Below, piece by piece: positions 56,697-64,000 of a DNA stretch of 64,000 nt. The notes below the pieces were generated by a model. It was given only the letters and a program-made list of their open reading frames with translations. It was not told the origin of the DNA and ran no database searches. Origin of the DNA: the human T2T-CHM13v2.0 reference genome, Homo sapiens. The position numbers and the translations under genes were made by a program. The DNA lies in assembly GCF_009914755.1 (NCBI RefSeq), contig NC_060934.1. The stretch is one strand, 5' to 3'. How positions within the stretch are numbered: position 1 is the stretch's first letter; each line of letters begins with the position of its first letter.

Positions 56697-56726
56697 CTGC
56701 TCGGCCAGGGTCCACAGCCTGTGAGG
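56697..56726 (-). CDS. DIP2C: Alternative 30-nt DIP2C microexon: PHRLWTLAEQ
   Basis: tctcttctcgtcctcacccttctgctgctgtAG|CCT CAC AGG CTG TGG ACC CTG GCC GAG CAG|GTAGGG; phase 0-0, stop-free, 1.4 kb upstream of the phase-0 exon at 55252. Confidence 0.8.
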
Positions 56727-58567
56727 CTACAGCAGCAGAAGGGTGAGGACGAGAAGAGAGGAGAGAACACCAGACAACAGAAACCAACACACACAACACA
56801 CACAGACACATACGACCCGACAGTGAAAAATGGGATGGAGAAGAGGGAGGGGTGGGGAGGAGAATGCGAAAAGCAGGAAACAAAATGAAAAGAAGATCAA
56901 AAACAACATCAAATATGGAAATCATTAAAATTAACCACTGTACAAGGCTAAAAGAAATGTTTTAAAGATGTCAACATATCCACGGAGCAACAGAAGAGGG
57001 TGTAGCAGGTGACTAACCACGGCGCAGGGACACAGAAGGTAAATGGTGGCACTGCACCGTGTCACTCACGGTGCTCTTTCTTTCTGAGGGACGCGGGAGT
57101 GCAAGTTTCATTTGCTAAATCTGTTGAGGTAGTTCCAAGGTTCTGATTCCAGGAACAAAGGAGAGCCTGTGAGCTTTTACACCTGCAAGTAGGGCACTAG
57201 CTCTATCCACCTACACAATGAGGCAAAGGGAGAGGCCAACATGCATCTGAAGCCTGAAAGAATCCAGCGCTGGGCTCTCACACGGTCTGCTCGGCAGCCT
57301 CAGGAGGAGTTTCCACCCCAGCAAATGTGCTCTGTTGCTGTTCCCCAAACAGAGACACCAACTTCTGTTTTCTTCTCCTCCTCGTCATCCATGGCTGTGG
57401 TCCCTGCCTGCTACCCGCATTAAATAATCTACCCCAGCTGCTGGACAATTCCAGAAATCAACTTGGGCAAGCTCCTTGGATGCAAGGTATTTTTCCCTAT
57501 GTCACTTAGCTGTCTTTCCCAAATATTCCCAAAAAGTACAAAGAGTAGAAGATTTTTCACAGGCGCCTGGACTGATGCACACCTGTGCTTTGTGTGTACG
57601 GCCCGGCACCCACCCACAACCCCATGACGGCAACAGGCAGACACTAGAGACAGCAGCTGCAGCAGTGGAAACGGAGTTAAGTGGTTTTCTTCAGGCTCAA
57701 ATTTGGTCACAAAGCCCAATGGAAAAACTGCCACCACTCACAACAGAGCCAAGTCTATGAAAATAAGCAATGGTTCAAGATTTTAAAAGAAAATCACGAT
57801 TCCACTCTTCTCTGTTACTTCTCTAGGGTAATTATGGCTACTCTTCTCTCTCAGCACCCTTATGTTTGAAAAAGAGAGGCAGAGCATGAATAAATAAAGT
57901 AACTCGCCAATAAAGGTGTGTATGCTCCAAACACATAGTGGACCTTTACTGAATATATTTGAGCTGAATGCAATGATTTAAATAATTTCTTTCCTTCATG
58001 ATTCCTTGAAACCTAAATATTAACTGGAACAAAAATAAAAATAAGTCAACATTCTCTCTAAATTATCCTAGTTCAGAAATTGTTATAATGGGTCAAGGTG
58101 GTATCTCAGGAAAAAATGTACACGGCTAAGTACCTCATTTCCTATCTTGTACCACGTGGAGGAGGCAACACAGCACCTGAAGCCAAGTAGGCCTAAGCAT
58201 TAATAGAGAAGAATACATGAAGGAGATAAAGAGGTAAGATATAGCTGCTTCCAAATTATAAAACCCCTGAGGTAAAAAGTCTGAAATTTCAAGATACATA
58301 TTGAGGGAGTATTTAACAAAATCTTCATATTGCCAAAGAATGCTAGCCAGTGTTCCCTTAAATACGGAGATCCCTAATGCAAAAGAGTGCCCCTCAGTAT
58401 TTAAGGATCAAATACTTGCAATAAAGGACCCACAGACAAACAGCATTAACCCATTCCAACTAAAGCTCATTCAGAAACAAAGATAAAGCATTTTTGAAAT
58501 TCCAAGTTATATGAACGAGAAAAAAGGATTCACATTAAAATCCAGTTATATAATAAAAATGTTAAGC

Positions 58568-58886
58568 AGTCAGCCTTCCATATCTGTGAGTTTCGCATGT
58601 TTAGATTTAACCAACCTTGAATACCAAATATTCGAAAAAACTGCACCTGTACTGAACAGGCACAGACTTGTTGTCATAATTCTCTGAATGATACAGTACA
58701 ACTATTTACACAGCATTTACATCGTATTCGGCATCACAAGTCATTAGAGATGATTTAAAGTACACGGAGGATGTGCATGGGTTCTATGCAAATGCTGCGC
58801 CATTTTCCAGCAGGGACCTGAGCATCTGCAGACTTAGGTATCCACAGGGAGTCTGGAAACCTGTCCCCCATTGAGGGACAAATGTA
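58568..58886 (+). mobile_element. MER2 (Tigger-family MITE)
   Basis: cagtcagccttccatatctgtgagtt...aactatttacacagcatttacat...gagggacaaatgta. Confidence 0.75.
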
Positions 58887-59819
58887 TATACCAAAAAATA
58901 ACTTTCTTACTGACACAGAAGTATTATATCAATTAGGTATTAAGTGCTTATTGAACAAATGAGTTATATTTAAATCTCAGGTGAAGATATACAGACTCAC
59001 ACCCCAAATATCAGCACAGAAAACACAAAACAGCACTAATTTTAGCATTTAAGCTGACTGGTGATTTTACTATTCAGCAATTCACACACCATAATATTAG
59101 CACAACCTGGTACTTGCACATAGGGCTATAGTAAATAGAAATGTGTGAAAGAACGAACAAACTCCAAAGACCTGATACTGGGCTTATGTAGTACACTAGG
59201 TAAGTCTGAGAAGACGAGAAAAGGTTTGGGTTGTATGTCTCCAGGCAAATGACACTCTTCAAATGGAAAGGAAAATGACACAAAATTTGACTACTTCTTT
59301 GTACTCCTATTTCCAGAAGAATTTTTATATTTGCATTAAAATCTGGGGGCTGTGGAAATGTTACCGGCTTAGAGAAGCCTTAATGATGTACTCCCAGTGA
59401 TCTTTTCAAAACCAGTAGCTAAATATGACAGGTCCCTGCCTTAAGCCCTGTAACAATTTCCCACTGATCTTGGGAAAAGGACCAGTGCTTGGTGCAGCCC
59501 TCCGTCGTCCTCCCTTTCTAGCCACCCTGGCCTCTTCCCATCTTTCCTGACCCCTCTGAAGTTGCAGGGGCTTCAGCTCAGCTTCCAGAGTGCTCTTCCC
59601 TCCCCAGTCTCGTCACCGCTAACTCATCTTTCTAAACTCGGCACCAGCCAGGATTTCCTTAAAGAAGCCTGAGAGGGAGGTTGGCCCTCCCTGTGCTGCA
59701 CCGGATCACCCAGCAGCTGGACGCCGTCCTTCCCATGGTCTGTGGCCAGTGCCTGCCTCTCCTGCACATGGGAAGGCATCAGGACGAGGCTGGGTCTGGC
59801 GATACGAGTCCCTCTGTGC

Positions 59820-60085
59820 TCGTCTGCTCCGCCTGCTGTGAAATACCTTAGACTAGGTAACGGCTACTCACAGCTCTGGAGTCTAGCAAGTCCCAGATTG
59901 AGGCACCTGCAGAGTGGATGAACATGTTCCTTTAGGCCTCTTTTATAAGGGTGGAAGTCCCATTCGTGAGGGCTCCACCCTCATGATCTAATCACCTTCT
60001 AAAGGCCTCATGTCTTATACTACTGCATTAGGGATTATAGTTCAACACAGAAGTTTTGGAGGGGGACACAGACATTCCGACCTCA
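59820..60085 (-). mobile_element. MaLR LTR fragment (MST/MLT1A-like)
   Basis: tcacagctctggagtct...ctcatgatctaatcacc...ttttggagggggacacagacatt. Confidence 0.7.
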
Positions 60086-60089
60086 GCAA

Positions 60090-61470
60090 TCACATCATCC
60101 ACAGTTCATTTACTTTTCACGTCCTTATTGGTGCGATTGCTGTTGGTTCTTTACTTGTCCCTTTCTTTGTTCCTCCCTTCCTGCCTCCTTTTCTCATGAA
60201 TAGAATATTTGTGGTATTTCACTTTACCCTCTGTGTATTTTTTGAATGATTTATTGCATTCTATCTTCACACAGTGTTATGTGCTATGAAAATGAAGATT
60301 CTTGCAGCAGTGCATTTCCGGGGCCCAACTTCCTGTTGTCTCATCTGTTATTCCTACACATGCTACGAACACCTCAGCTGTTCATATTTTTAAACAGTTA
60401 ATACTTTTAAAACAAACTAAAAATATTTACATGTCTACATATTGACAGATTCTAAAACGTTTTCTTGTATTTACTCTTTTCAGTATTCTTCATTTCTTCT
60501 TAAAAATTTGGGCTTCATTTTGCTATCATTTATTTTCATCCTTGAGACATTCTTACTATTTCTTGTGACACGTATTTGCTGAACGATTCTCTAGGTTGGC
60601 TAAGTATCTGCTTTTCTCTTCCATTCTGAAGGATCTCCTGCAGAAGAAACAGCTCTTTCAGCAGCCTGCATGCACCACTCCACTGTATTCTGGCTTCCAG
60701 CACTTCTGATGAGAACTCAGTGTTGTTTTTATTACTTCCCCCTACTTAGTTTTATTTCTGCAGGGACTTTAAGATTGACTCTGCCACTGACTTTCGGTGT
60801 TTGGACAACAAAGCATCTGGGTGTGATTCTTCTCATTTACTCTGCCTGGAGTTGACTGAGCTTCTTGAATCTTTGTGTTGATTCTTCCCTTCACTCCTGG
60901 CCATAGGTCTTCAAATTGTTCTCTTGCCCCATTTTCTCTCACCGCTCCTTCTGGGGCTCCGATCACTACAGGTATGTTAGACCCACGGGCCTCAGACACT
61001 CTGTTCCACTGTATTTTCATGCCTTTTCTCCTTGTTTTATGCTTAGGTCATTTCTATTGGTCAGACTTCAAGTTCATTCAATGAGTCTTTCCTCTGCTGT
61101 ATCTAGTCTCCTATTAAACCATGGGAATTTTATTTCTAATACTAGTTTTCATTTCCAGCATTTCCATTTTGTTTTTTCTCATAGTTTTTATCTTTCTGCA
61201 ATACCCCCCACCTCTTCATAGATGTTGTACACCTTTTCAACGAATTTCTGGCCTCACCTATCACAGCTATTTCGAAGTCTCTGATAATTGCAGCATGTCT
61301 CTTCTACTGACTCTTTCTAGGGCCATCTCCTCTCATGAACATGAGTCCATTTCTCTTGCTTCTTTGCAGGTCTTTTAAATTTTGATTATATAACACAATG
61401 TTTTATGAAAAACGAAGATTGTATTTAAAAGAACAGTAAAGATTAAATAACATTTACCCCCAGAAAAGAA
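60090..61470 (-). mobile_element. Old L1 (L1M/ME-like) fragments
   Basis: T-rich; reverse translation is L1 ORF1-like (IGAPEG...ENGAREQFE...KIQEAQSTPGRVNEK). Confidence 0.55.
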
Positions 61471-62439
61471 TTTACAAGCCTATGGGCAGGATCCGGATGC
61501 TGGGCCTGAACACTGACACTGGATGTCTTCTATGCTTCACGGCGAGAGATCTGCTTTCCAAACAGTAGGAGACCTTCCACCCACTTTAGGTAACTGGGTG
61601 ATTCTCTCTTCAGTCTCACCCCCAGCTTCCTCTATTCCACTGCCACACTCCCAGCCTTTGGAAGGCAAATACGTTACACATGGTGAAGGGCAAGGGCGCT
61701 GCAGAGGGATGTGCTATGCCCTCATCCCACCTCCATTGTTGAAGTGTGAGTGGAGTTCCCACGGTGATTTGGGCTGCCCTGGAGGGTAGCCAGGGCTCTG
61801 CTGGGTGATCCAGGCCACCCTCGAGCGGGAGCCAGCGGCTTTCCTGCTCACCTCCCAGCCCTCAGGAGCCCCTGCCTTTTGCACACTAAAGGTTCAGAGT
61901 GCCTCAGAGAAAATGCATCCACTTTTAGGACTCCCCTGGGATTCTCATCTACCTTGCAAATAACATACTGCCATTTATGTTTTTTAAAAAGTTCAGAAAC
62001 TTTTTGCTTTATCATTTTTTATGGTAAATTCTTTCTCCTGGCTCCTCTGCCATGGGAAAAACCACATACAGGTCTCTTTTCTCCTAGGAAGAAATGTAAT
62101 TCATCTACATTTGAGTCTTCAGCTCTCTGATGGATCTTAGAAACGATGAGTCTGTGTATTAACCAGATTGTTCCGACGGTTATGGTTGGAACAAGAGTCT
62201 CTTGTGACTTCTACATCTCAATAAAAAATGGAATTCCAAAATATTTAAAAAATAAATTTGCAAAAATCACATTGAGCTTGTTTCTATGGTTGGCATCAAA
62301 TGGATGGATCTGTATGTTGTCATCAGGCATTGATGCAGGTGACAAACTGTCAGGAAATGGGGGTTCTGGAATGGATTACTGGTGGGGTGGGGGCCACAGA
62401 CAGTGTGAACTCAGCTCAGGCCGTCTACCAGCAAGCTGG

Positions 62440-62610
62440 TCATCAGGACCAGCCAAACACTGGCTTTCGTAAAGTTTGACTGAAGCACGGCAATGCCTGG
62501 TCATTTACATATTGCCTGTTTCTGCTTTGAGTGGCACAGCAGAGCTGAGTAGCTGTGCGGAAAGCACCATGAGGCTGGCAGCCTGGACGCCATGCTCTGA
62601 CACTTTAGAG
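62440..62610. mobile_element. MER58A-like MITE
   Basis: gtaaagtttgactgaagcac...catttacatattgcct...gcagagctgagtagctgtg. Confidence 0.6.
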
Positions 62611-64000
62611 AGAGGGCGTGGGAAGGCTTTAGTTTAGGGGCTGCCAAGCCACAGAGCAGATGAAAGCACTCAGACGTGACACGGCACAGCTGTTTTTGTT
62701 GAACTTACTGAGTGAATGATGAACTCAGATTCTTGCTTTTTGGTTCAAGACATAGACTAAAAGCCAGGCATGTTCTGTGACTGCGATAGAGAATCCCTTG
62801 CTGAAAGCCAGGCGAACACTTGAAGCTGTGCAGTTACACCCCTCAGACCCTCATCATGATCTCCTGGGTCCCTAAGACTCTTCCAGCGGTGACTCCAACA
62901 TTCCTGGAGACAGATGGAAAGACTCACTTAGCACCTTGCAGATCCAACATGATTATCTGTTCAGTGCAGTGTCCATCAGTGCCTAGGGCACGTGAGACAT
63001 CCAAAAACAGTGGTAGAATTCGAATGTTCCTCTTCTTTTCTCTCTCTTCATCCCTCAATTGTAAATTTTACAATTCCATCTGTAGATCACAGAATATCAG
63101 TGATGGAACCAGAGAAAGAGGAGGCATCGCCTAGGAAGTCGTGGGTTTGATGACGGTCATGGTAATTCCAGAGGCTTCGGCTTGTCTCCCCTTTGCATGA
63201 AGGGCAAGTGCCTGAGTAGACGTAAAAGCAGCAGCTGCATCACGGTGGCTTCCTGGGGCTATGGAGATGCGTAAGGGCAGGACGAGAACGCAGTGATGCT
63301 GGATGGCGAAAGGGAGGGGTGGGAGCAGCCACCGCTGCCACACTTTGGTCACCATACATCTCAACCGTCCTCCTGTATCGGGAGAACTCCTCCACTTTTT
63401 GAGTCCTGTTTGAATACAGAGCCCTTGTGGCTCTGTAGGAAGTAAAAATACCAGAAGTCCCTTCCCAGCCTTCCTGGAAGCTAGGGTGTGGGGAGACGAT
63501 CAACCAGTCACATCCATTTACAGCACAAACCAATCGGGCTCTTGCTGTCGGCAGTGAAGGTGTCCAGACACGATCCAGGTTTGGGGAATGCCATGCTGGT
63601 GGGGAAGGCTCGTGTCCAGGAACAAGGTCAGCAGTGCAGACTTCAAGGTGTGGTGTCCTCACAAGAACAAGCTGCTGCACAAGCGGTTCCCATAGGCAGG
63701 TTCCCAACGCTGGTCCTACTCCCTTGGTGGTTCTGAGAGCCACTCACTGGTGCCTCAAACTGCCAAAGGAGGTTTCCATTGCTTACAGGTCAGAAAGCTG
63801 GCTGACGTGCAGGATACCTGGAATATGGTTTCCATGATCCCCAGCGTGGCTGGGATGCCGTGTGTCAGCAGGAAAGGGCATAAAGTTCCTGCTGACGGTG
63901 GCTCATTCCCTGAGGCTTTCAAAATCCCCAACAGCACCTTATTTATTTCCTTCACCTAAAAGCAGTGTAGGGGGACAAGGAAACTGAGAGCTCAAGTTAA

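Overview
Primate (almost certainly human) genomic DNA containing the 3' end of DIP2C (disco-interacting protein 2 homolog C, 10p15.3) on the minus strand. Six constitutive coding exons (55191-55252, 33563-33620, 31472-31546, 28470-28644, 26399-26522, 22524-22776) splice in phase at GT-AG sites into the end of the second FAAL-like adenylation domain (...DPIYVAYNM*), followed by a ~3 kb 3'UTR. Bases 1-19 kb are repeat-rich downstream flank, including a nested ERV1/MER4-group provirus remnant with a tRNA-Ser-like PBS, a solo LTR, L1PA and Alus. Most notable observations: (1) a 30-nt in-frame microexon (PHRLWTLAEQ) with UGC/UG-rich neural-microexon signatures; (2) a second candidate 30-nt in-frame microexon (SGTFINAILT) and a candidate 29-nt poison microexon, all bracketing the exon encoding the predicted FAAL-specific insertion; (3) an LTR-embedded 59-bp VNTR carrying ~21 perfect AP-1 sites; (4) a tailless 5S rRNA retropseudogene; (5) a polyadenylated MER41-like LTR retrocopy; (6) a twin-primed L1 inside an Alu inside an older L1; (7) a palindromic bidirectional AATAAA in the 3'UTR. 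Repeat subfamily names are from recall of consensus sequences and need RepeatMasker/Dfam confirmation. Almost all ORFs in the supplied track are non-coding artefacts.
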